A DNA stretch of 64,000 nt from Paraspadella gotoi (lineage: Eukaryota > Animalia > Chaetognatha). This document shows positions 1 to 12,600 of this stretch, in pieces. Position 1 is the stretch's first letter. Every line of letters begins with the position of its first letter. Both the position numbers and the translations under genes were made by a program. The notes under the pieces were generated by a model. The model had not been told where the DNA came from, searched no databases, and saw only the letters and a list, made by a program, of their open reading frames with translations. The stretch spans positions 2,660,168 through 2,724,167 of the forward strand of contig CM119268.1 in the NCBI GenBank assembly GCA_051294375.1, in the 5' to 3' direction.

Positions 1-837
1 CTGCCTAGGCTGCCGCTTTGGCCGAAGCACAAACCCAAATCCTCGCAGCAGGTTACAGATGAAAAAGAAAAAAAAAGGAAAAAAAAAAAAAGAGAAAAAA
101 AAGAGAAAAAATAGGTAAAACGTCAGTATCTCTGAATGAGAGAGACAGGAAGGCAGAAAAATAGGAAGAAAGGGGGCAACGCCTTCTCGGGCGGCGGCGG
201 GGGCGCCCTAGCGGCGCCGGGCTCCCTGATGCGCGCCAGCGCCAACGAAAGGTAAACCGCGAGCGGGCTCGGCGCCGATATTTCTTTTTTAATTCGGCTC
301 TCAAGATGACCAGAATACGTCGCCGCAACTGGACAAGAAAGTTTTGGAAAAAGCGGGCCGGCGAACCTCTGTCGTCGGCGAAGCGACGACGGAGTATAAA
401 CAAAAACAGAAAACATTAACGAGAAAAGAGGCGACATTGGGGTGGAAACAAAAGGAGGAGGAGGAGAAGGAGGGGAAGGAGGAGAGAGGAAGATGTTGTT
501 GACCGGACGACGAACAAAGACGACTCAAGAACACCATATGTCATGTCGCCTAGTTTTTTAATTCCTACTAAACGATTCAAGAATTTTTTTGGTAATCCGC
601 TTCTAATTGTCCCGATAGCGTTGGAACAAAAGAAATGTCAGCAGCGACGAGAAAAGATTTCGACGACCTTTCGACCGAAGTAATCCGACCATGGGTCCGA
701 AGGACGCGACCGATCAGCGACGCGCACGAGTCATGACCTCCTTCCTCAATGCGCGACGCGGATTTTTTTTTTTTTTTCTCAGCTCTTTTATTCCCTTCTG
801 TTTGGCCGGTGGTCAGGCGACCGAGAGTCGAATTAAT

Positions 838-848
838 CTCTCTCTCTT

Positions 849-914
<66 letters not shown>

Positions 915-930
915 CTGCTCTCTCCCCTCA
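838..930. repeat. (CT)n microsatellite, representative of dozens of (AG)/(CT) tracts in the window
   Basis: Directly visible dinucleotide run; explains the SLSLSL/REREREE ORFs in the track. Confidence 0.95.
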
Positions 931-3533
931 TCCCTCTCTTCCCTTTGTTCCTTTGTTTGCTGGAAAGAGTCGATCTCCCTTTCTCTGTTTTGCATTCCGC
1001 TCTCGTCGCGGGCGAAACTGGTCGTGACATCTCGCGGAAGGCGGCGGAAGCACGGAGCCTTCGAATCTCTTGTTATTTTGTTTATTCGTGAGAAAAACGC
1101 GAAAATGGTTATTGAAAAAAAAAAGAAAGAAAGAAAGAAAAAGAAAAAGTCGAAAAAAGGGGAAATGGACCGGAATGAAGTTTTTTGGTTTTTTTTTTTT
1201 GGAAACCAGACGTTTTTTGTTACAACCGATTTTCTTTGTACTAGGTTTTCTCTGTATCGATCCTTCAATTTTTTCTCTCAACAGAAAATCGAAAATCGTT
1301 GATTCGAACTTCGATCTTCGCAGGTGGAACGACTTCTCGTCTTTTTATCGATTTCCTCGTTTCTATATCCGTTTATCGTTTTAGGTCTTCATCTTTTCGG
1401 GAAAAAAGTTCCGAAGATGAGAGAAAATAATGAACAAAATATAAAGTTAACACGTCGAGCTTGAAGAGGAGCTGAGAAGTGGGTGAGGGTATAATGAGGT
1501 GAACTCATCGAAACAACAAAAAATACCACCTAAAAAGTAATAAAAGAAAAAACAAAAAACAAAAAACAAAAAAAAACAAAAACGCAACAACCAAAAAACC
1601 AAAATGAATCATCATGATAAATCATACCTCTTGCTAAACTTGAACCCAAAGGCTTAAAAAAACGGGGTTCAACCGCTCGAAACCTCGAATCGGGTCCGGA
1701 TCTCTTCAACCTTGATTCTGAGCCAGAATCCTAAACGAGGGTCAAAAACCCTTCGAGACCCGATCCCTAAAATCGCCTCGAAAACCCCCCAGACCCTAAT
1801 CCAGAAATCCCAGTCCTTGAAACCTCCTTTAAACCTAAACCCTGTAAACCTAAACCCTCTAAACCCAGAATCCTAAAACGAATTTGGATCCCAGTTCGTG
1901 TTTTTGTTGGCGAATTTTCGTTCGTGTTTCCTTTTGGNNNNNNNNNNGTTAAGACCTGAAACATGCAACAAACAACATGTCACAATAAATTAAAATAATA
2001 AAATATTTAATAATGTAACCTTTCTTCCGCAAGCAAAGCAAAGCAAAGCAAAGGTGAGTCTCTCACTAGAGTCTCAAGTTTTTCCTTTTTTCATCATCTT
2101 TTTGCACCATAGTTTTTATCGCTTGTCCTCATATTGTTCTTTGCCGTCTTGATTGCTTGCTTTCATTTTTTTCTTTTTCTTTCTTTCTTTCTTTCTTTCT
2201 TTCTNNNNNNNNNNNNNNNNNNNNNNNNNNNNNNNNNNNNNNNNNNNNNNNNNNNNNNNNNNNNNNNNNNNNNNNNNNNNNNNNNNNNNNNNNNNNNNNN
2301 NNNNNNNNNNNNNNNNNNNNNNNNNNNNNNNNNNNNNNNNNNNNNNNNNNNNNNNNNNNNNNNNNNNNNNNNNNNNNNNNNNNNNNNNNNNNNNNNNNNN
2401 NNNNNNNNNNNNNNNNNNNNNNNNNNNNNNNNNNNNNNNNNNNNNNNNNNNNNNNNNNNNNNNNNNNNNNNNNNNNNNNNNNNNNNNNNNNNNNNNNNNN
2501 NNNNNNNNNNNNNNNNNNNNNNNNAAAAAAAGAAAAGAAAATCAGTCGGGGAGTTTTATCCTCCACATAAATTCAATCCGCGACCGAAGAAAGAACAAGA
2601 GACGGAGGAAAGGAAAGAAGAATGGAGGAAGGGAAAAAATGGAGGAAGGAGGAAAGGAAGAACAAAGGGAGGAAAAGAAAAGAAGAATANNNNNNNNNNN
2701 NNNNNNNNNNNNNNNNNNNNNNNNNNNNNNNNNNNNNNNNNNNNNNNNNNNNNNNNNNNNNNNNNNNNNNNNNNNNNNNNNNNNNNNNNNNNNNNNNNNN
2801 NNNNNNNNNNNNNNNNAAGGGAGGGAAGGAGGTGAGAAGAAGAAAGAAAAGAGGTCTTTAAAAATAGAGGAAGAAGGAAAAGAAGAACAAAGGGAGGAAA
2901 AGAAAAGTAGAATAGAAGAGGAAGGGAAAAAAGGGAGGAAGGAGTTTAGGAGAAGAGAGGAAAGAAAAAGAGAAAAGGAGAGAAAAAATTAAGGAAAGAG
3001 AAGAAAGGAGAATGCAGGAGGTAGAAAAACAGAAAAAAAGGAGGAAAGAAAAACGTAGGGAGAAAAAAGGAAAGAAGATATAAGAAAAAGGAGAGATGAT
3101 GAAAAAAAAAGGAGTGAACAAGAAAAAAGAGGAGAGAACAACAATATTGAAAGAAATAAAAACCAACATAAGAGAAAGTATTAAATAAATAATGTAACAG
3201 ATACTGGAACAGAAAATATTTGAGAAGGAGTGAGCAGATAAAAAAACGTAGAAAGGGAGCAAAAAACCTGCAATAAAAACGAAAGTAAGAGGGGCAGGAG
3301 AAAGAGAGAAAAAAAATAGGAAGTGAACTGAATAATTAACCAAACAAACCGAAGTGAGGTGTTGTGGAGGAAGTCTCTATTCGTGTCTAGCACTAAGGTT
3401 AGTTTTCGATTTCTAGCTTTTACTCACAACTGATTCATCATTGTTGTTTCAATGGTTTCGACATTTAATTTAAACTTAAAGTTAAACGAGAGAATTTTCA
3501 TAAAATTCTAAAATGTTCTGCCGATAAAAATAT

Positions 3534-3595
3534 CTCCCAACTGGGATTAAACCGGTCACATCGGAATGTGCTAGTATATGCTTTACCATGCTATG
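3534..3595 (-). mobile_element. Degenerate tRNA-derived SINE head (possible)
   Basis: Minus strand reads atagcatggtaaagc...gaccggtttaatcccagttggg: A-box-like (3581-3593) and B-box-like GGTTTAATCCC (3543-3553) at tRNA-like spacing. No intact cloverleaf seen. Confidence 0.35.
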
Positions 3596-5055
3596 TTTTA
3601 CAATAAAACGGTCGGGTAATCGTGAGACTCAGAATGTGTCGGGGTTTGTAAACTTTACCCTTCGATTTGTGGCACAAAACGCGAAGAAAGCAAATCGGAA
3701 ACGAAATTAGTCGTCGCCTCGAAAAAAACAAAAGGCGAAAACTTTTCTAAACAACAAAATGAAACTGATTGAAAAGAAAGTGAACTGAGGCGGCGGCGCT
3801 GCAGCTACTGAGGCTGCTACACTTTATATTAGTTGTTTCTTGTCTCTGCTCTGCTTTCACTCTTTTTGCTTTTTGCAAATTTTCCGCTGCTCAGGCAGCT
3901 GAACTTGATAATAGTTGAATAGCTCTGCCGCTCCTGACTCTTCTTTGTCGCCCTTCCTCACCCCGTCCTTCACTTAGTCAATTTCTCCGCAGGGAATTGG
4001 ATCAAAAATCTTAAAAAAAAGAACTAATTGAAAAGACAAACAACCTAATTAGCTAAATTTTGATAAGCCCAGAGGCGATGCGCCGAGGACGTTGATGAAC
4101 GAGCGACAAGAGAAAAAGGCGCGCGGCGATGAGCCCTCGGTCATTTTTGAAAAAAAAAAAAAAAGATAACATTATTATAATCATCATTTTTAGAAAAACC
4201 TAAGTTTGCAAGGTTACTATGACGCGTTTAAAGGGTAAGGATTCTGGACAAGTCCCTTTACCAATTAAAAATTAACTAATTAGAAACGTTTCGATTCGAC
4301 ATAAATTATCCGCACAATGGAGATCTGAAACGACAATAAAACGTATTAATATTCGAGCACAGTTTTGCTCAGATGTCGCTGCAACAACACGTGTGGTCGG
4401 ACCCCGTCGGCTTAACTCTCTCGAACGCGGCTACCGACCATGGCTACCAGACCGTCGCAAGCGAACGCGGGCAAACGACCGGGCGAACCGAGGTGGTTCT
4501 GAACGGATTCATCGAGAATGGAAAGGAGATAAGGTGAGGAAACGAGGAAACGAAGTGGGGAATGGGTCGAGGGGTGTGGTCTAGAATGAGGAAAGTGTGG
4601 CGAAAGGATGTGGGAGGTGTGTCAGTAATTGACGAAAAGTTTTATGGTGAAAAATAGAATGGATCTTATTAAAGAGTTAAAAGGCTTTTGAGGCAAAAGA
4701 AGAATAAAAATGGCCAAAATGTTGTGAGATAAATTTGATTGATAAAATTATTTACAAAAAATGTGAACAAGTCATGAGTCATGAAATATGTTGATAGGTT
4801 GCCTCCTTTAAAAAAATAGGGAGGTAAAACGAATTAAAAAAGAATTAAAAGGAGAGGTCAAACGGATTAAGTCACTTTATCCCCTGTGGCGCTTAAATAA
4901 AAATTCTCCATTATTGGTTTTAACCAGACACCCGCGGTTGAAGAGTTGATCGAGAAAACTGGGGGGGGGGGCTTAGTGTAGACTGGAAGCATTTAATGTA
5001 AGTGAATTAGATAGAGGAGATAAAATAATGAATTAAATTTGTTGTTAGAGAGAGA

Positions 5056-5087
<32 letters not shown>

Positions 5088-6285
5088 GAGAGAGAGGAGA
5101 GAGAGAGAGAGAGAGAGAATAAAATAAATCCTGAGGACAGATACAAACAAAAGGGTAATATAGAAAGAAAAGAACAAATTTAACATAATAAACAAAACGT
5201 ATCTGGAAATAAATAAATTAAGGGAAAAGAAAATAAAAACAAAAGAAATATGGAAGACAAAGAAAAATGGAAATGAAAGAGAGAAGAGAGAAAGGAGCGG
5301 TACACAAGAGAAGAGGGAGACACGAGCGAGACATGAGGCGAGATAAGATAACAGCGGCAATCAACTGCGCGTCCTCTCTCTCCGCTTTCGATCGAGAATT
5401 CGGATTAAATATTCAAACAAAAAAGGGAAGCGAGAAAGATAGGGCAGATGGAGAGAGGGAAGAGAGAGAGCGAGGAGGAGAGGGGAGGAGAGGAGGAGGA
5501 GGGGGAGGGAGGAGGAGGAAGCGGAGCAGCAGGCAGGGGGAGGGAGAGTGAGGGGGTGGAGCAGAGGAGGGAGGGAGGAGGGGGAGCGGGGGGGGGGGAG
5601 GAGCAAGGGAGGAGACAGGGGAGGAGCAGAGAGGGATGCGGCTAGTAAGGGCGGAGGGAGAGCGGAGGGGGCGGAAAAATGATGGGTAGACCGGCTGTTG
5701 AGAAAAAACAGGAACAGAGGAAGGAAACAAAAGGAGTGCGAAGCATAAAATAAAGAATGCTCGACGACGACGACGACGACGACGAACGAGATCACATAAC
5801 GACCGACGAAACGACGACGACCGACGATTGATGTACCAAAAGACGATAACTGACGACGACTATTGAAGACGACGTCGACGGTAAATAACGGATTGTTGGC
5901 GAATTATTTACTAAATGAACAACGGCGTCATAATCTATGTTGATATTGTTGAAAGTGAACTCCTCTAGGGGGCGCACAAATATTTATGCCCAAGCACAAC
6001 ATTCGATTAAATTTCGCGGAGTCGAACGACATGAGTAAATGAGAGAAGTAGAGAGAGAGAGAGATGCAGAGAGAGAGAGGAGAGAGAGAGAGAGGAGAGA
6101 AGGAGAGAGAGAAGAAGGGAAGAGAGAGAGAGAGAGATCAAACATGCGGTTCGCGCAGTTAGTAAAAATTCCATAAGAAATTATATGCGAGATAAAAAAA
6201 TTTTCCGTGTGGTTAAGTAGCCTCCCGCAGTTCCAGTTGGAAGCAAGAAGCAGAGAGAGAGAGACGACGAGACGATAGAGAGAGC

Positions 6286-6318
<33 letters not shown>

Positions 6319-6999
6319 ACAGAGAGAAGAGAGAGAGAGAGAAGGTATTTTGGGGGTAGGGGTGAGGGTAGGGTACGAGGGGTGACGGATGTGTGTGAGG
6401 TGTGGGGTGTATTGAAATTTAAAAGCATGGGTTTATTTATTCTTTTTCAACTGAAATAAATGTAGAGTAATTGTATACTCTCATTTGCATATTGTAGTGA
6501 AAAGTGAATGCATATAAAAAAAATGTTTGTAGAAAATTTATCAACAGTAAATTTTATAAAAGAGATTTTCATTTATTAGGATTATTTTGGTCGCAGTCAG
6601 GTTTAATTACTAATCACTAGGATGCGTAGAGGGAGATAAAAATTAATTACTATAATTCGAAGAACATTCCTCTGCGTGAAAATGCTACTGTGACTTTAAC
6701 TGAATAATACTTTCAGTAGCGAGTTGTTCAAAAGAAAAAAAAAAGAAAATCGTGAATATAGATTTCATATTTTTTCTGAAATAAAAAAGACAATTTGACA
6801 ATTAAGACAATAAGAAGATTAAACGATTAAACGATGATTTCATATGGTTAAACCTGAGAGCCCGATGTCTAAAAAGGAAAGCGACTACACAAATGATTCC
6901 AGGTCGATGCAAATATATATTTAAAAATAATTTTTCAATCTCTCTATTTAAAAGAAATACAATGAAAGGGAGAATGATAATATTTAAAATAAGACTCAC

Positions 7000-7095
7000 G
7001 GCATTTCGGGACGTCGCACAATTCCATCGAGACCTTTAACAACCTGGGGGCTTCCAATCCGGTTACCGCGGATTTTCTGCAGTAGTTGTGATTTC
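7000..7095 (-). CDS. ROR: ROR-type receptor tyrosine kinase, kringle domain C-terminal exon (base errors in this copy)
   Basis: Acceptor ttatatcag at 7096, donor GTGAGT at 6999-6994, phase 1 at both ends, joins in frame to the 9145-9306 exon. Encodes GNHNYCR...EAP...MELCDVPKC. The middle is garbled, but the second copy at 10383-10499 supplies NPGN..EAPWC.TTDP. ROR assignment is from recalled similarity to vertebrate ROR1/ROR2 kringles. Confidence 0.78.
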
Positions 7096-7683
7096 CTGAT
7101 ATAAACAAATGAACATCAAATGACAAAATTTTTAAAGAAAAAATTAAGCCGGAATAAATGTGATAATTGAATAATAATTGAACTAGGGACCTAATCGTTA
7201 ATTAACTTTTTAAGAATCGAGAAAATGCTATGAAATATAATTAATAGATATAACATTTTTAATTTTCATTGTATAAAAAAACTTGATTAAATGATTTTCC
7301 CACTGTCGTTAAAACATTTTCTTCAAAGAAAAATCTAATCGAGTCAGAAAGGAACGGACGTCCTTTTATTTAATTTTTCGTGCATTTATAGTAGATATAA
7401 TCAATACTTATCCTTACTTTTAATTATTTTCTATAACTAAAAGAAGGTTAAGGAATATGGTCCTAACCGCTCTAATATAAACCCAGATCCTTTACACATA
7501 TAAAAAAATATTTTGTGAAGTTAAAATCAGACTATCTCGAATATACCCGATCTCTGGAATATGCAAATGAGTTAGAATTGATTTAATTTGCCGATTCGAT
7601 CGAAGAATAAAATCCGAGACTTTTCGGCGCCGAAGGTTCAAATCGGCGTGAAAGACGAATCGTCGTTGGGGCATCGAACGATT

Positions 7684-7770
<87 letters not shown>
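7684..7770. repeat. (ACG)n microsatellite, about 29 copies, intronic
   Basis: Perfect trinucleotide run between the two kringle exons. Confidence 0.97.
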
Positions 7771-7771
<1 letters not shown>

Positions 7772-8519
7772 AAAAGAACAACAACGAATAACCCTTAATA
7801 ACGAGCAAGAACGTAAATACAGAAACCGAGAATGACGAACCGACGCCGACACTAAATGACAACACGATCATGACCCGAATATGACAGGAAAAACAAATCC
7901 ATCATCCCGTTAAAGATCTAACGACGACGACGACGACAACAACCATAGCATTGACTCATTATTTTCGTTTTCTACGATGTCCTTTTTCGCGTCATTGTCC
8001 CATCCCTCTTTGTCCAAAGTCTATGTCTCGTTTTATCACCGACGATAAACGTCGCGATCATCATCAAGATTTACTGTACTTCGACCAAACGAACTGTCTA
8101 GAACTTTTTCGATTTCGTCATGATTTACTGTAGACCCGGAAAGAGGGAGGAATCTCTGTAATCAAGATATCGTGTCTGGATCTGAAGAGAGTCTCTCTCT
8201 CTCTCTCTCTCTCTCTCGTCAAGGGAGAGAAAACTAAATTAAAACGTATTAATCCCCTTTGATCCATTTTTTTTTCTCCGCCGGTAGGTGGAGAGGAAAA
8301 GAGACGCCGCCTTAATCTCTAATCCCTTTCTTAATTTGTTTTTGTTCTTTGCCGAAGGAGAGGGAGGGAGAGAGAGAGAGGGAGAGAGGGAGAGAGGGAA
8401 GGGAGGAGGTCTCCGCTATTTTGACACCTTGGCGCTCCATATTGGATTTGTAGTCTTTTTTTATTCGGTTCGTATTTTTCTGTTTTTTTCTTATTTTTAG
8501 TTCATTCTTTCTATTTTTT

Positions 8520-8526
8520 TTTCTCT

Positions 8527-8586
<60 letters not shown>

Positions 8587-8600
8587 TTTTTCTTTCTTTC
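8520..8600. repeat. (TTTC)n microsatellite
   Basis: Directly visible tetranucleotide run. Confidence 0.95.
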
Positions 8601-9144
8601 GGTTTCAAACTTGATGTCAGGCACTTTGTAACTTTTCCAAGTGTTCCTTTTATTTATTTGTTTTCTTATTTGCGTGAGTTTCCACTGGAAGAAAAATCTG
8701 TTTCGCTTTTAAATCCTTCGTCTTCGATCCTCAAACTCATATTGTTTTGCAAGAGTGACGGGATTTGGGTAATGCTTGGTTGTAGCAAGCAAATTCGGCA
8801 AGAAGACCAAGCTCGAGCTGAAGGTAGTCTACGCTTTATGTTTAGACCGTAGACGTTGTTCCTTTTCGTATATTTAGTTAAATTATAATTCATTGATATA
8901 CTATAAAACCCATAATAAAAATTTCCATATATAAATTCCTACTTCGTTCAAAATTTAATTTTATGCCAGAAAAAAAACTGAAACCAAATATATGTAAACT
9001 TCCGTTTAAGTCAAACTATTTTTCATTCAAAACATTATTTGAGAAAATATATTGTTGAATTAGGCATCTTGAAATGAAACATCGAATTATCAAAACATGT
9101 TGTAGTTCCCTTTTCCTCGATAGACCTCCTTCTTTCAAACTCAC

Positions 9145-9306
9145 CCAGTTCCGGGTATCGAGCGGCTTCGACCGCCGCCGCGCGGTGAGGCGTCGTCGCC
9201 GTCCACGTTTGGCATTTCCGGTTGGAGCGAGTGACGCCGACGACGCCGCGGTAGAGGGCGCCGGTAGCGTTGTAGCAGGAGTGGGAAGGGATGGCGGGCT
9301 CGCGGA
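9145..9306 (-). CDS. ROR: ROR-type receptor tyrosine kinase, kringle domain N-terminal exon
   Basis: 162-nt GC-rich exon with pyrimidine-rich acceptor (ccgccctctcag, AG at 9308-9307) and GTGAGT donor (9144-9139), phase 1/1. Encodes REPAIPSHSCYNATGALYRGVVGVTRSNRKCQTWTATTPHRAAAVEAARYPEL, the kringle pattern CY..G..YRG...T.S...CQ.W....PH. CYNxTG and RYPEL resemble ROR kringles as I recall them. Confidence 0.85.
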
Positions 9307-9679
9307 CTGAGAGGGCGGTGGGGGGTGGGGGGGAGAGAGGAAGAGTAAGGGAGGTGAGGGATAAAAAGAGTTGAGAGGTCAACACAAAGGTAAGTTTGTT
9401 GAAATGATGTTGAGGTTTACGATGAGCGAATGGTTTTTATACTCGTCACTAAATATAAGGAGATAAAAAATTGTTTAAATTATATAGTTTTAATTTATGT
9501 GTGGTTTTTTACCAAAGAGAGACATTGTACTTTTCCTCAATGAAAGAAATTTTATATTTTTATTGACACGTGAGAAAATATTATTATGAACACAGAATTA
9601 AAAACGACTTGAATTGAAAAAGTTTACACTTTCTTTCGCGAAATATGCTCACAATTATCAATTTAAAAAAGAGAAGAGA

Positions 9680-12600
9680 TAATTTTTATAAAAGAGATTT
9701 TCATTTTATGAGGATATTTGAGGTGCTCGCAGTACATAGAGTATTTACTGTACTATAGAAGCTTAATCACTAGGTGAAATCGTAAGAGACTACTGGCACA
9801 GAAGACTGAAGTATAAAGATAGTACATTGATTAGCGCTCATGCATATGAGAATCAGGAATGCAGTAGTGGAACTTGACGTATTGCTGGCGTACCGCGCGC
9901 GTGGACGCTATTACGCGGTAGTCGTACATTGAGTCCGAGAGATATCTCTTGAGACAGTCGGGGATTAAGGATGCCTCTCTTTCCTCTACCTGTGCAGCGT
10001 AGGTAGGACTGAGCGCTGAAGGCCCATATGTTAGGTGCGCTAAGTGCTCGTGTGAGCTTAGGTATGTAAGGCGGAGAGTGGAGCACAAGTATCTTTCAAG
10101 TCTAGCTAGTATGTCTCAAATTCGATGGGAAAAGAAAACAAATAAGAATATCGGTAATATAAAGTTCAATATGGTTAAAATGAAGCGCCTGAGTAGCCAC
10201 GCACGCCAGCGAAATATCTAAAAAGGAAAAGCTACAGACACAAATAGATCCAAGGTCTGAGAGATGCAAGTATAATTATTATTAATTAGTATTATATTTT
10301 AAAAAATATTTCTCAATCTTCTCTAATTTAATAGGAAATACAATGACAAGGATAATGATATAGATTTAAAATAAGCACTCACCGCGCACTTTCGGAGCGT
10401 CGCACATATTCCATGCAGAACCTATGCGGGCTCCGTCGTGTAAACACGCAAGGGGCTTCACATCCGGATTACCGGGATTTCTGACAGTAGTTGTGATTTA
10501 CTCATGATCATACAAACAATGAACATCAATGACAAAATTTTTAAATAGAAATAATTAGACGTAAAAATGTGAAGTAATTGAACTAGGAGCGACCATGAAA
10601 TCGTTAATTAACTCTTTTAAAAAACTCGAGAAAATGCTTAATGAAATCATAATCTAATAGCGATACGTAACACACTTTTTTAATTTTCATTTGTATAAAA
10701 AAACTTATTGAACTAAATGAATTTTCCCACTGCTCGTTTAAAACATTTCTATCAACAGAAAAATCTGAATCGAGAGGTGCGAGAAAGGAGACGGATCTGC
10801 ATCCAGCTTTCTTTATAATGTTTCGTGCATTTATAGTAGATATCATATCAATACTCATATCCTTTAACTTTTAACTTATGTTATCATATAACGTATAGGA
10901 GTGAGGCTAAGGAAAGTCGTGGTACGCTAAAACCAGCGTACTCACCAATAGGGAAAAACCCAGGCAATCGCTTTAACCACCTCTACAAAAATTATTGCCT
11001 GATATGTTGGCCAGCTTAAAGAAATATCAGACGTATCAGAATGATACCCCGATCTCTGGAATTTGCGAATGAGTTAGGACATTGGATCATTAATATTTGC
11101 CGATTCGATCAGGAAGAATTAAACAATCAGAAGAGCATTTTCCGCGACCCCGAGCAGCGAAGGTTCATCGCGGCATCGGGTGAAAGACAGAGTCGGTCAG
11201 TGTGGGGATGGCGAGCGGCAAGTCCGGGAACGGATTACGGACGCTACGCCACGACGACGCAGAGACGACGAGACAGACCGTCCGGACGACGACGGACGGC
11301 ACGCACGAGAGTCGACGAAGACACGACGGGAAAGGTAAGGTACAACAACGAAGCGATTAACCCTAGTAAGAAAGACACCGCAAGAATCTGATGAATATAC
11401 AAGGTAGAAAGCCTGGAGACAGTTCGGCACGAACGCGAAGCGCCGACAACTAATGAGCAACACGATCATGACCCGAAATATGACAGGGAAAATTACGACA
11501 AATGCATCCATCCCGCCGGTATAAAGAGATTCTAGGAACGACAGGCACAGATAAGCAGACAGACTGTCAGACGAACGAGAACTAGCACTCATAGAAGCAG
11601 TATGATCTCGCATTATTTTACGTTTCTCTCAGAATGGTGCTTTTCCCGTATCAGTTTGTGACACTCCGAGCTCGCTGAGTCAGTTGTTTGGTAACGAGTC
11701 AGCTAGATTCTGCATCGCTTTGTTAAGTCGACGCAAATCAGAATAAAATGCTCGCGATCATCCGATAACAAAGAGTTACCACGGGTCAAGCTATGCGAGA
11801 CCAAGGACGGGAACTGGTCTAGAGAACTTCTGTTTCGATTCGTCACTGATATTATCACTGGTAGAACCCGACGGAATAGAAGGGAGAATCTTCTGTAAAT
11901 CAGGATAATCGTGTCGTGGGATCGTGAACGAGAGCTCTCGTGCGTAGCTCGGTCGTCGTCTCCTCGGTCCTCATCGTCTCCTCGTCTCTCGTCCGTTGAG
12001 ATGGTCCTCGCTCTCTCACGTCGACGCGGAGGCGATCGTCGTCCACGAGTGCCGCGTTCCTCCTGCTGCTCTTCTTGCTCTCGAGTCAAGGAGAAGGAAA
12101 ACTAAATTAAAAGACGTATTAATCGCTTATGATCCATTTATTTTATATTGTAGTCTTCGCGACGTGCTAGGTGGGAGAGGAAAAGAGAAACGGCAGCGCC
12201 TGACCTTGATATGCTCGTAATATCCCTTTCTATAAATTTGGTTTTGTTCTATTGCCAGAAGAGCAGGGAGAGGAGAGAGAGGGAGAGGCGAGATGGCAGG
12301 AAGAGAGAGCCTACGGGAGGAGAGGCAGAGAGAGAGGAGGCAGAGGGAAGTAAGAGCGTATCGAGCGGAGTAGAGGCAAGCGACACGCGACACGGCAGGA
12401 GGATTGAGGCGCCGCATGACGGAAGGCCGGGCAGTGTTCGGGTGAAGCGGTAGGTGACGGGAATCTTGTGTGCCGCTATTTATGACTACACCAGGTATAC
12501 GGCGGTCTTCGCTATCATTGCCAGATAAATATGGTATGGATGTGCAGAGGTCTTACTCTCTGTCATGTTCGTGATGACGATGGACGGATTGATCAGTTGG

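Noticed and set aside
53-437. GC-rich patch with overlapping ORFs (for example ...REPGAARAPPPPPEKALPP)
   Set aside because: No recognisable domain or consistent splice pair, and it does not resemble the ROR transmembrane or kinase exons expected here.
1760-1880. Telomere-like cctaaa/aaaccc motifs
   Set aside because: Degenerate and irregular; not a tandem TTAGGG or TTAGG array.
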